From the NCBI RefSeq assembly GCF_001194135.2, contig NC_068994.1:45869250-45908863 (forward strand): 39,614 nucleotides of DNA, given 5' to 3'. Position 1 is the first letter of the stretch. Every line of letters starts with the position of its first letter. This DNA comes from Octopus bimaculoides. Taxonomy: Eukaryota. Below are positions 11,495 to 22,925 of this stretch, in pieces. The notes under the pieces are model-generated. The model saw only the letters and a list, made by a program, of their open reading frames with translations, had not been told where the DNA came from and searched no databases. The translations under genes and the position numbers were made by a program.

Positions 11495-12499
11495 TGTATA
11501 TANNNNNNNNNNNNNNNNNNNNNNNNNNNNNNNNNNNNNNNNNNNNNNNNNNNNNNNNNNNNNNNNNNNNNNNNNNNNNNNNNNNNNNNNNNNNNNNNNN
11601 NNNNNNNNNNNNNNNNNNNNNNNNNNNNNNNNNNNNNNNNNNNNNNNNNNNNNNNNNNNNNNNNNNNNNNNNNNNNNNNNNNNNNNNNNNNNNNNNNNNN
11701 NNNNNNNNNNNNNNNNNNNNNNNNNNNNNNNNNNNNNNNNNNNNNNNNNNNNNNNNNNNNNNNNNNNNNNNNNNNNNNNNNNNNNNNNNNNNNNNNNNNN
11801 NNNNNNNNNNNNNNNNNNNNNNNNNNNNNNNNNNNNNNNNNNNNNNNNNNNNNNNNNNNNNNNNNNNNNNNNNNNNNNNNNNNNNNNNNNNNNNNNNNNN
11901 NNNNNNNNNNNNNNNNNNNNNNNNNNNNNNNNNNNNNNNNNNNNNNNNNNNNNNNNNNNNNNNNNNNNNNNNNNNNNNNNNNNNNNNNNNNNNNNNNNNN
12001 NNNNNNNNNNNNNNNNNNNNNNNNNNNNNNNNNNNNNNNNNNNNNNNNNNNNNNNNNNNNNNNNNNNNNNNNNNNNNNNNNNNNNNNNNNNNNNNNNNNN
12101 NNNNNNNNNNNNNNNNNNNNNNNNNNNNNNNNNNNNNNNNNNNNNNNNNNNNNNNNNNNNNNNNNNNNNNNNNNNNNNNNNNNNNNNNNNNNNNNNNNNN
12201 NNNNNNNNNNNNNNNNNNNNNAGAGATCTGTCATTTAGTATAAATCAATTTCAGAGTGAAATGACGAACAAAACGACACATGAAAAATATAAATACCTGT
12301 ACAGTAACAGTACTGTTTTTATAGCCATTGGCGTTATCAAGGATTGAAACTGGAATCAATAAACAGCAATCTCAATATTGTTTTTTTTCTATGAGTAAAT
12401 CCTTACAATAAGAACACCTAATCTGCCATAGCAGTTTTTCTTTAATTCACTGTTTGCACCGTATTATTTATAGCTCTATCTACATCGAGTTCCATCATA

Positions 12500-12900
12500 A
12501 TAATAACCTCGGATTTATGAAGAAATTAAAATTTTATAAATATTAGTGACAGGAATTAATATTCCAAAATTATGAAGAAAATATTTTTGTGTAACGTTTA
12601 ACGATGTGCTAAATGAAATTGAATAAATCATCTGGTTTTCAAATATAACTTTCACATAAAAAGCAACGATAATTGTTGCGATTGCTGAAATTTTCCTCTT
12701 GATCAACCAACCATATGTAGTGAATGAGTATTTAATTTTCGTAGAGAAGTTGTTCATTTAAATCTGGTTATTCTGTGTCTAGAACGTTCTATGATTAAAT
12801 AAATAGTAAACCGATCAATGAGTTGAATATATGCTAATAACTGATGGAGGGAGAAAGTGTAGTATTTGTGACATTTTTCAGAGTTCCTGGCGTTGGTGAA
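12500..12900 (-). pseudogene. Possible highly decayed hAT-type transposase fragment
   Basis: KYSFTTYGW resembles the hAT catalytic SxTTDxW motif with D lost. Weak, single-motif evidence. Confidence 0.25.
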
Positions 12901-13199
12901 AGACACAGGGCCTCCGTCGGTCAACGCTGATCATGCTTTCTGCTCCTGTATTCGCAAGCCTGGGCAATTTATATTTGTATTTATTTATTTATTTATTTAT
13001 TAGGAAGACTATCAGTACTTCATGCATGAAATTGTCTTTTTTCCGCATCACTCCCTGTTTATCCAAAGGAAAAGCCGCTGATTTCTGTCCCAATAACTAA
13101 AAACTAATATCGTTAGAGTTGCTGCTGAGAGAATACAAGGACCTAAAACAGATGCCGCATGGTATCTCTCCCGGCTCTCTAACAGTTTCGCTTATCCAA

Positions 13200-13347
13200 C
13201 GGCCTGGATTGGTACTTATTATCGATCCCGAAATGGTAAAATGTGCAGTTGATTTGGTATGATTCGAACTTAGATCCCAGAGAGCTGGAATAAATACTGC
13301 GAAACATTCTAACCAATACTCTAACGACTCTGCCAGTTCGCCACCTT
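13200..13347 (-). mobile_element. tRNA-derived SINE (10222 family), degenerate
   Basis: TGGTACTTATTATCGATCCCGAAA...TAACGACTCTGCCAGTTCGCCACCTT. Confidence 0.7.
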
Positions 13348-14187
13348 TTTTTGATGGCAGGACGAGATGAAATTATGTCTAAATTGGATGATGGTTCAAT
13401 TACTCATAACATAGTAGTGGACTCTACTGCTGGTACCCAAAGAACAAATATTGGTGTTATACTGGTGTCTGATTAGGTCTTCATTTCAAACATATTAGTG
13501 AGTTTGTCAAATGATGTTTGACTACTGTTATCAGCATTTCGAGCAACAGAAGTTCTATCATTAGAAGCGAAGTGTCATTTTAAAAGAACTCAATATCAAC
13601 AAAACGAATAGTAAAGAGTTTGATAAAAGAGATTTTACTGCACTGGGAGCTTAAATGAGAGAGATTGGACTTGATGGATTAGGGAATTGGTTGAGAGACT
13701 AGATTATATTGTGTTAGATGAGAAAAATTAGGCTTCCTGAGAGAATTAATTGAGAGAGAGAATTAAATGCAGCCCTTACATCTCGAGAAAATGCGTTAAA
13801 GTTTTCTCGTGTATTTGTGGTTGGGTTTTTTAAAATAAATTTGGAAGTTCAGGGAAGAAATCTCATTGCAATTTTCAGCTACTGAAGTGACTGCAATGAA
13901 GTTAATTCATTCGTTCTGTAGTCTTCGTTTTAAAACAAACATGATAAATGGTACGCGGATGCAACTTCAGTGGCCTATTTGGACCTCATTAAAATGTGTA
14001 GGGAGTTTAATTAGTGAAATGTAATGGCTCGTTGAGAGAACATTGCTTTCTGATGCGTTTATGCTCCGAATTTTAAAGGAGTTATGCTACTGCTTGTTGT
14101 CAACCGATGCAAATAAAGGCCTCTCTCTACCTTTCTCTCTCTCCCAATCTTGAGAGAGAGGGGGAGGGATAAATAGGTGGTGAGAGA

Positions 14188-14259
<72 letters not shown>

Positions 14260-14322
14260 NNNNNNNNNNNNNNNNNNNNNNNNNNNNNNNNNNNNNNNNN
14301 NNNNNNNNNNNNNNNNNNNNNN

Positions 14323-14388
<66 letters not shown>

Positions 14389-14679
14389 ATTGTTGTATTC
14401 AGTAGGTTGAATGACTAGAAACTCTCACAAGCCGAATGAAATACAGTTTTCACTCACATGATTGAATAAATTACAGGACAGAAATAAAAATATTCGATAT
14501 TGAATGTTTTTATTTTTTCTATGTTATGTTAATGCTTTTCTTTTTCATGGCGTGGCCCCCATCATGGTACAATCTCTAGCTCAAACACTTAACAATAAAA
14601 GTAAAAATGAACAAGAATTGTAAAGTGGAAATATATTGATAGGATCTCGCAATTAAATCACTTGTGCTATGTAATTTAT

Positions 14680-15740
14680 TTTAATATGGGGTAGGACCGC
14701 CTTTGGTAGTAATTACAGCTTCAATTCTACGAGGTATGGACTGGTACAGTTTGAATTGTTTCCAAAAGAATTTTTGTCCATTCTTCAGCTAAAATAATCT
14801 CCAGTTCTTATAATGATGATGGTGGAGGATATTGACTCCTTGCTTGTTTTTCTAAATGCACCATAAATGTTCAATAATATTGAGATCTGGGGACTGTGGT
14901 GGCCAGATAAGATGTTCAACGTCACTAGAATGTTTCTCATGCCATTCAGTAACAACTTTAGCTGTGTGAATTGGTGCATTATCATCCTGAAAGATTGCGT
15001 TTCTCTCCGGATATAGTTCCGCAAGCATAGGATGAATTTGATCAGATAAAATGTTTAAATAGTCTTGACTATTAATTCTGCCATGAAGGGAAACTATTGG
15101 GCCGGCGGATTTCCAAGGTATAGCTCCCCCCTCCAGATCATCACAGATCTCCCTCCATGTTTAATAGCTGGAAGAAGTCAGTCGGGGTCAAATGCTTCTT
15201 GTGGCTGTCTCCACACGCATACTCGGCCGGTGGTCAGAAATAAGATAAAGGATGTCTCGTTCGAGAAAATAACATTCTTCCACTGCTCTAGGGACCAATT
15301 CTGTAGGTTTTTACTCCACTCTAAAAGCTTTGCAACGTTTTTTTTTTGAAAATAGTGGTTTTCTGATTGCAGCTTTCCCGTGAAATTCGGCTTTGTGCAG
15401 CTCCCGGCGAACAGTTTTTGTGAAAACTGGGTTCTCGAGGTGGTGATTAACCTCTGCAGTAATTTTGGGGCCTTACTTTTGTGATCGTTTCTAACAATTC
15501 GCGTAAGAGTCTGACGGTCCCTATCTGAAAGTTTTAGTTTTCTTCCGGAGTTTTGTTTCTCAAAGGAGCAAGCGACATTGAGAGCTCTGCGAAGTGAATT
15601 GTACATTAATCATAATAACAGTTCCTTTGAATATTTGTCCCAAGACCAGTACTTTCTAAGGGGTGTGGAAGTCGATCACATCGGCCTTAGTACCCAAATT
15701 GTATTACTTCAACAACCCCGACATTTTGTCCGGCCTGCCA
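14680..15740 (-). mobile_element. Tc1-like transposon; frameshifted transposase pseudogene
   Basis: ORF 15178-15606 has HTH-type SGRKLKLSDRDRQTLTRIVR and WSLEQWKNVIFSNETSF (first D of DDE degraded). A shifted frame near 15000-14850 reads QDDNAPIHT...WPPQSPDLNIIEHLW, typical of Tc1 DD34E. Confidence 0.9.
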
Positions 15741-15759
15741 ACTCACCGTCTTGTATAGT

Positions 15760-15769
15760 AATAATAGTG

Positions 15770-15824
<55 letters not shown>

Positions 15825-15833
15825 CAATAATAA

Positions 15834-15918
<85 letters not shown>

Positions 15919-15940
15919 TGTTGTTGTTGTTGTTGTTGTA
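15760..15940. repeat. Compound (AAT)n-(AGT)n-(GTT)n microsatellite
   Basis: Direct reading. Confidence 0.95.
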
Positions 15941-16647
15941 ATCTATTCTATAATCGAATGAAACATGATTAAGAAAAATGTCTATGCAAATTTTACTCCA
16001 GAATTCTGAAGTGAATAAGGAATTTTCAAAATTCCAGTTTATACGTAGTTTTTCTTTTTTAAAATATGGGTCTCTCTCTTCTTTTCTCAGTCAAATCATA
16101 AAACTCATTCCTATTCACCACGATATCTACTTCCTGTCTTCATTTTTTTAAAATCATGTTCTTTTTCACTTCCGGTCGATATTAAAATATCACATGATGC
16201 GTATGCAATTTTCACATTAACGTCTCGTACATGCAAATGCACAGTAATCGTTAATAAATCATAACAAAACACCAACAAAAGGATAAATAATTATGACATT
16301 CATAATAATTTTGCCTTTATATTTATTATAAAATTTAATTATGGCAATAATGTACAAATACGAATTCCTTTTAACATGTCATTTTGATTCAGTTAATGAA
16401 TGATATGAATAATAATAACGACTCAGGTATAATAATTTCAAACAAATCGGTTAGTTTAGCGTGTGACTGGAACGAAAGTAAAATGAAAACACGAAAGGAA
16501 ACAATGAAATATACTTCATTTCTGTATAATTTATAAATGTAATTTGAATATATCAGGGACCAGCGGTGAACAGCTTATACTGAGCAATGTATATATGTAT
16601 ATATATATGTAAATGTGTGTGTGTGCGTGCATACATATGCATACATG

Positions 16648-16698
<51 letters not shown>

Positions 16699-16787
16699 AT
16701 TATATATAGTATATATATAAATATATAAATATATATATAAATATATATTTGCATATTCGTTGTATTAACATCCTCTCTACAATAGAT

Positions 16788-16955
16788 AGAAGGCCTGAAA
16801 TTTTGCGGGAGTAGGTCTGACGATTTTAGCAATCTCATTATTTAACAAATACTTATTTTACCGCCTCCCGCCCCCTAAAGGATGGAAGGCAACGTTGGTC
16901 TCGACGGAATTTGAACTCAGAACGTAAAGACGGACGAAATGTCACTCAGCATTTT
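16788..16955 (-). mobile_element. tRNA-derived SINE (10222 family), partial
   Basis: AAGGCCTGAAATTTTG...GGAATTTGAACTCAGAACGTAAAGACGGACGAAATG. Confidence 0.8.
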
Positions 16956-17739
16956 TCTATCATGGAAAAGACTCTACATGATCGTCACTTTCTTCGTTGT
17001 ATTATTATCAATACACTGTAATATTTCCATGAGAGACTTACGTAAGAGAAAAAAACTATGTTGTGCGACTATATTTCATGTAATATATATATAAAATACT
17101 ATATATATAACATTATTTAATGATTGATTATTATTTTGTCGGTAGCAAAATTTTCCACATTTAGCATGGTATCAAATTATTTGGTTACGTATTATATCAT
17201 AAGCATATGTAGAAATTGGGAACAGTTTGTTGTTTGCATTTCCGCTTCCGTTTCGTGTTTTCTTCTTTGTTCTTTTACAGTTGTTTCTTTACGTATATGT
17301 GTTTTAAATTACTGTTTTAGTTTGCAATTGAAAAAAAAGTAAAATTTGAAATGTGAAAATGCAAAATCGTAACAAATAAAACTACTTATTATTTATAAAT
17401 GTATAGGAAATACATACATACATACGTACGTACATACGTACGTACATACGCGCGTACGTGCGTAATGTATGTATGTATGTATGTATGTATGTATGCAGGA
17501 GACAACCAATGTGTAGATTATATATGCAAGCACGTTATAAATATACTTCTTTGTATACATTAACATCGATAAAATCTAATGTATATGCATACTGCAGCAA
17601 AAATTTGTTTAGATTAGTATGAACGTAAAAATGAAAAATTTTTAATCTGGTATAGCAGAATAGATGTGAATTTATTTTTTAGGGTTAATCTTGAGTTATG
17701 TTGTTCTAGTAACTGTAGGGGTATCATTATTACTACTAC

Positions 17740-18850
17740 TACTGAGCCAAGTCTTTATTACATACATTTAGTTCTATAATTACAGATGTCACCAATCTGA
17801 GTCACTTCAACCGCCATAAAGTCTTTACTATCATCACTGGGCTGCCTTCATTGCAATCACCATTGAGTCGTTGTAACTATCAATGATTAGCTTTATTATT
17901 ATCCTTTTTATTATAGGCACAAGGCCTGAAATTTTAGTGACGAGGCAGGTCGATTACATCCACTCCAGCGCTGATTCAATGCTTATGTTATCGACTCCGA
18001 AACGATGAAATGCAAAGTTGACCACGGCAGGATATGTAATCAAATCGTAAAGAGCCGGGGCGAAATGATGGTATTTTCTCTGATGTGCTAACGATGCTCC
18101 CGTCTCACGCCTTTGAGCTGCATTATTATAATTACCACTGATTTGTGCCATTAGAATCACCACTGAGCTTTCACAACCATTATTGAGCTTTTTACTTCTG
18201 ATCATTACCGAGTTTTGTCTTTAAAACCACCATTGAGTCTTTACAACCATCGCTGAATATTTACAACTATTACTGAGTCTTTACAAGTATCATTGAACCA
18301 CTTCGTTATTATCAATACTGAGCCTTGTCATTACAGCCGTCACTGAGTTGTGTCTTTACAACAAGCGTTGAGTTTTCACATGCTTCATTGAACTGTTGTT
18401 TCATTATGATAACCACTTACAACTACACACCTTCCTGTCATTGAAACCATTACTGAGTTCTGTCATTAAAACCTCCATTAAACAGTTTTATTATTACGAA
18501 CAACACAGAGATGTAATAATATAGCCATAAAGTAACCAGAATTAAGCTGCTTTATTAGATCAGCCGTCGAGTTCACGTTGCGATCATTGCCGAGATCTTT
18601 CATTGCAATCAATTGAGTTAGCATTACAAGCACAAATTATTTGCTTTATTACAACTAACGTTGATCTATGTCATTCAAGCAACTACAAACAGAGCTATTT
18701 CATTATAACTAGCACCAAGATATGTCATTTCATCCAATACGGATCTTTCGTTGCAAGTATCGTTGAGTTGTTTCCTTAAAAACAAAATTCATCTGTCGCT
18801 TGGCATAAGGTGTAGCTATCATTACAACCATTAAACTGCTTCACATCAAA
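17740..18850. repeat. Old degenerate minisatellite of 20- and 25-bp units (consensus about CTGAGTCTTTACAACCATCA), interrupted by a SINE
   Basis: Consecutive units TTGAGTCTTTACAACCATCG, CTGAATATTTACAACTATTA, CTGAGTCTTTACAAGTATCA (about 18234-18293), plus 25-bp variants with an extra TGTC block. Confidence 0.7.
17912..18120 (-). mobile_element. tRNA-derived SINE (10222 family) inserted in the minisatellite
   Basis: TATAGGCACAAGGCCTGAAATTTT...GATTACATC...GCAAAGTTGACC...GCTAACGATGCT...CGCCTT. Confidence 0.8.
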
Positions 18851-18949
18851 TTCTGCTAGTTCGTTAGAACCAATACGATTTGTGTCGTAAAAGCGGACAC
18901 AGAGGTAACAGTGCAAATACTGCTGAACTTACAATTTTGATCAAATTAT

Positions 18950-19760
18950 TTGATTCTGTGATGTTTGTTCTGATGTATTTCAGAATTTCATTGACATCTT
19001 TTTTTTCTTTTTTTTTTTTTCGTTTCTTGGTTCAATTTCCATCGATCAACCTTTTTAAGGTTGCAAATAATATCGCTATCGTTCTCCTGTAGTCTTACCT
19101 TTATTCTGTTGTAGGTTGGCTTTTGTTCATCTGCCATATCGCTAATAGGTTTATCGTCTTCTTTTAGATCGTCTATATGTCCCTCATCAAATAAACTACC
19201 ACTGCTCCTTTCCTCTGCTATGAGATTACTCATATTAGTAAGAACTGTATCTTCATTCTTATCTATGCTGCTATTGTTCATGACCCGTCTTTTGATAGCT
19301 TCGAGCTCTACTTCTGTGAAATAACACAATTCTTTTCTTATTGCTCTAGCTTGATCACATGGTCGCTGTTCCGTGAGTTGAAACAATCCCTTTTCTCTCC
19401 AATGATCATATATACGTTGTCGGTAACCCCTAATTTGAGCATCAGTTTCATCTACCGAGTTGCTCAGGTAGTAACACTCTATGACCACAGCATTAATTTG
19501 TTTGTTCCATCTACGCCGTGTGTGGTGGTCCCTTTCTGGATATCGACAGGCTGGAGCCGGACCAGAATCTTTGAGCCTACCGGGTGTATCACTGTCACCG
19601 TCATTGGCTTCAGTTTCATTACCTCTATTATTCACAATATTTTGTTTTTTAATTGTCACTCATATGAGGTAGCGATTATCAGGTTGCGCAATTAACGGTG
19701 TTTTTATTGTGACACCATCACTAGATGTATCATTTTTAGCCCATAAGGAGACTCCACCCG
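18950..19760 (-). mobile_element. R4/Dong-clade non-LTR retrotransposon, N-terminal ORF fragment
   Basis: ORF 18988-19659 contains RRRWNKQINAVVIECYYLS...RGYRQRIYDHWREKGLFQLTEQRPCDQARAIRK, the Myb-like N-terminal block of R4/Dong ORFs. Its 5' side abuts (TAA)n in sense. Confidence 0.75.
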
Positions 19761-19879
19761 TTTCCTTTCATTATTATTATTATTATCATTATTATTATTA
19801 TTATTATTATTATGATAAATAATGAGAAAGATGAGGAAGAGAAGCATAAAGTTGACAATGAAGATGTAAAAGTTGTTGG

Positions 19880-19920
<41 letters not shown>

Positions 19921-19930
19921 NNNNNNNNNN

Positions 19931-19976
<46 letters not shown>

Positions 19977-20469
19977 ATGAGTGCGCTCTTCACAATATGA
20001 TTAATTTTTGGCAGAGTGGTTATCAGGGGTTGTAAGGAGTAAGGGACGGGTGTTATCATTCGCATGTAAGCACTGAAGTGTACAAGAAGTTAATGGACGG
20101 TAATGAGGTGATAATGAGGTGATAAAGACGTGATAATGAGGAGGTAATGAGGCAAAACGGACACGTTAATTAATTTTTGCCACAATCAATAAATACTATG
20201 TGGTTCACTTTGTTCATGCTCACCAGTTCCCGTGTACGGGTACAAAACAACAAAGAAGATTAAGTGTTTCTTCAATAGTGCATGTATCACTCCTGTCTGA
20301 CCCTTCCTTAATGCATCATGGCTGATGTCTCGTAGCGCGGTGCATTTAGGGGCATTGAATGTGATGCATGCATGCATGTATATGAATATATGTATGTGTT
20401 TGAATATACGTAGTCTGATCAATAAGTATCCGGACTGTTGAATCTCAGGGAAATTCAGCATGACACAGA

Positions 20470-20645
20470 GTGTGATAAGGCTGTCCCTTTGAAATACAGA
20501 TTCAACTCGATTTTACCAGCTGAGTGGTCTGAAGCAATGTGAAATAGAGTATCTTGCGTAAGGATACAACGCGCTGTAGGGAATCGAACTCGCGATCTTG
20601 CGATCCTGAATCGGATACTCCAACCACTTAGCCACGCGCCTTCAC
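20470..20645 (-). mobile_element. tRNA-derived SINE with CORE-like domain
   Basis: Minus strand: GCGTGGCTAAGTGGTTGG (A box), GAGTTCGATTCC (B box), CACTCAGCTGGTAAAAT. Confidence 0.75.
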
Positions 20646-20769
20646 TGTATGGTCCACCCTGTTCATATACATGCCACTAGCCCCTCGTAGTAATATCTTT
20701 CAGCTTATTTCTCTTTAAGGTGTCTTTCATATGTGTGTGTGTGTGATTTGAAAATGTCTTTTTCTTTAA

Positions 20770-20960
20770 TTAGGCACCAGCCCAGTAATTTTCCGATGAG
20801 AAGGTGAGTCGATATCATCGACCAAAAAATTTGCTACTTTATTTTATCGAACCATAAATGTCGAAAGAAAAAGTTGACCTCGGTGCAGTTTGAACTCAAA
20901 ATCTAAGGATTTGGAATAAATATCCTGAAGCAATTTTACGACGCTCTAGTGACTCAGTGT
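20770..20960 (-). mobile_element. tRNA-derived SINE (10222 family), degenerate
   Basis: TTAGGCACCAGCCC...GTCGATATCATCGACC...AAAGTTGACCTCGG...TTTGAACTCA. Confidence 0.65.
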
Positions 20961-21104
20961 GCTTGCTGTCTTCATGTACTAGCACTTTGCATGATGGATT
21001 GTACCGTTCATATCGCCTTTGCTCCCAGCACAACCATAATCCAATATTTGAAACCGTATTAAAAATCATAGAAAAATCATAACTAAATAATACTTTCAGA
21101 TGTT

Positions 21105-21304
21105 GATACAAGGCCAGAAACTTCGGAGTAGGGGATAAGTTGATTACATCGACTACAATACTCAAGTGGTACTTATTTTATTGACACCGAAAAGATGAAA
21201 AGTAAAGTCAACCTTGGCGGAATATGAATTCAGAATAGAGCGACGGCGAAATGCCGCTAAACACTTTACCCTGCGCAGAAACGATTCTGCCAACTCACCG
21301 CCTT
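21105..21304 (-). mobile_element. tRNA-derived SINE (10222 family), just 3' of the distal terminal exon
   Basis: AAGGCCAGAAA...GATTACATCGAC...AAAGTCAACCTTGGCGGAAT...ACGATTCTGCCAACTCACCGCCTTA. Confidence 0.8.
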
Positions 21305-21353
21305 ATAAATTATAGTAAAATAATAAAAACAAAGACCATATTTGTTTAACGGG

Positions 21354-21402
21354 TTTATTTCATTCCGTTTCTGCTTTTACTTTATACATGTGTGTGTTTA
21401 TT
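21354..21402 (-). terminator. Two AATAAA poly(A) signals of the distal terminal exon (21397-21402 and 21354-21359)
   Basis: TTTATT on the plus strand, about 70 and 113 nt after the stop; both positions are conserved in the duplicate copy. Confidence 0.65.
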
Positions 21403-21471
21403 GATTTTCTTTACTTCTTTCTTATATCCGAATCACCAGATGAGAGCGACTGGTGTCTCTTCATGTAACGT

Positions 21472-21773
21472 TTAGGAATAAATGCGATCCATACTATCAC
21501 CTAGAAAAGAATTTTGGAAGTTGCCGCCTAACGTTCCTCCATTGGCTTGGGCCAAAGTGATTCTCTGCAACTTCACACTATCTCCCAGCATTTTATAGGA
21601 ATTTGCCATCATCATGTACGCTTTGAATTGAGCGTACATAGATTTAGTCAGCAGTTCCTCTAGGATTTTCTTCTTGTGGTCACTTTTCGATCCTGATTTT
21701 CCGCCATGTCCGCTGTCCATATCGCTATCCCAAAAAGAACCTGGTCTATCGTTGTTCCATCTTTTGTCACCGT
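21472..21773 (-). CDS. Terminal coding exon copy B (distal) of an uncharacterised secreted peptide/protein precursor
   Basis: Acceptor TTTAACAG|AC at 21775-21774; phase 1. Reads (D)GDKRWNNDRPGSFWDSDMDSGHGGKSGSKSDHKKKILEELLTKSMYAQFKAYMMMANSYKMLGDSVKLQRITLAQANGGTLGGNFQNSFLGDSMDRIYS*. No frameshifts. Confidence 0.75.
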
Positions 21774-21793
21774 CTGTTAAATTTTATTGAAAA

Positions 21794-21847
<54 letters not shown>

Positions 21848-21869
21848 TAATAATAATAATAATAATGAT

Positions 21870-22074
21870 TTCAAGTTTTTGCCACAAGGGCTGCTTAGGG
21901 GAAGGGATTAACTCGAATTCATCGACCCCGGTTCGTAACGGTACTTATTTAATAAATACTCCGAAAGGATGGAAAGCAAAGTCTTCGGTGGAATTTGAAC
22001 TCAGAACGTGCAGGCGGACAAAATATCGCTAAGCATTTTGCCCGGCATGCTAACGATCCTACCAGTTTGCTGTC

Positions 22075-22076
<2 letters not shown>
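21870..22076 (-). mobile_element. tRNA-derived SINE (10222 family) embedded in (AAT)n between the two exon copies
   Basis: TTTTGCCACAAGGG...ATCGACCCC...GGAAAGCAAAGTCTTCGGTGGAATTTGAACTCAGAACG...GCTAAGCATTTTGCCCGGCATGCTAACGAT. Confidence 0.85.
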
Positions 22077-22106
<30 letters not shown>

Positions 22107-22159
22107 TATTATTATTATTATTATCATTATTATTATTATAATGATAATAATAATCCTTT

Positions 22160-22344
22160 CTACTAAAAGCACAATATCTGAAATTTGGTAGCGGGGGACT
22201 AGTCTATTACACTGACCCCCCAGTGTTTCACTAATACTTAATTTTTCGACCCCGAAAGGACGTAAGGCAAAGTCGACTTTGGTGTAATTTGAACTCAGAA
22301 AGTAGCGAAATGCCGGGAACTATTCTGCCGATTCACCACCTTAT
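22160..22344 (-). mobile_element. tRNA-derived SINE (10222 family), just 3' of the proximal terminal exon
   Basis: CCTTTCTACTAAAAGCACAA..CTGAAATTTGG...CGACCCCGAAAGG...GGCAAAGTCGAC...ATTCTGCCGATTCACCACCTTA. Confidence 0.8.
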
Positions 22345-22392
22345 AAATTATAATGAAATAATAAAAAACAAAGACCATGTCTATTTAACGGT

Positions 22393-22441
22393 TTTATTTC
22401 ATTCCGTTTCTACTTTTACTTTATAGATGTCTATGTTTATT
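22393..22441 (-). terminator. Two AATAAA poly(A) signals of the proximal terminal exon (22436-22441 and 22393-22398)
   Basis: TTTATT on the plus strand at positions homologous to those of copy B. Confidence 0.65.
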
Positions 22442-22538
22442 TATTTTCTTTACTTCTTTCTTATATCCGAATCACCAGATAAGAGCGACTATTGAAACAC
22501 ATTAGTCTGCATCACAGAACTATATCTTCATGTAACGT

Positions 22539-22840
22539 TTAGGAATAAAACCGATCTAGGCTATCACCTAGAAAGCTATTCCGGAAGTTTCCGCCTAACG
22601 TTCCTCCATTGGCTTGGGCCAAAGCAATTCTCTGCAACTTCACACTTTCTCCCAGCATTTTATAGGAATTTGCCATCATCATGTACGCTTTGAATTGGGC
22701 GTACATAGATTTAGTCAGCAGTTCTTCTAGTACTTTCTTTCTTTGGTTACTTTTCGAGTCGGATTTTCTGCCGTGTTCGCGGTCCATACCACTATCCCAA
22801 AAAGAACCTGGTCCATCGTTGTTCCATCTCTTGTCACCGT
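22539..22840 (-). CDS. Terminal coding exon copy A (proximal) of an uncharacterised secreted peptide/protein precursor
   Basis: Acceptor TTTAACAG|AC at 22842-22841; phase 1 matches the exon 1 donor. Reads (D)GDKRWNNDGPGSFWDSGMDREHGRKSDSKSNQRKKVLEELLTKSMYAQFKAYMMMANSYKMLGESVKLQRIALAQANGGTLGGNFRNSFLGDSLDRFYS*. Confidence 0.85.
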
Positions 22841-22861
22841 CTGTTAAATTTTATTGGAAAG

Positions 22862-22863
<2 letters not shown>

Positions 22864-22925
<62 letters not shown>

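Noticed and set aside
12297-12349. Possible 53-nt minus-strand exon SILDNANGYKNSTVTVQ with AG/GT borders
   Set aside because: Isolated, with no recognisable domain or compatible neighbouring exon; lies downstream of the precursor gene's poly(A) signals.
21472-22787. Reflectin or suckerin identity for the Met/Tyr/Gly-containing ORFs
   Set aside because: No reflectin M/FD(X)5MD(X)5MD repeats and no repeated GGY/Ala-His modules; reflectins also lack a classical signal peptide.
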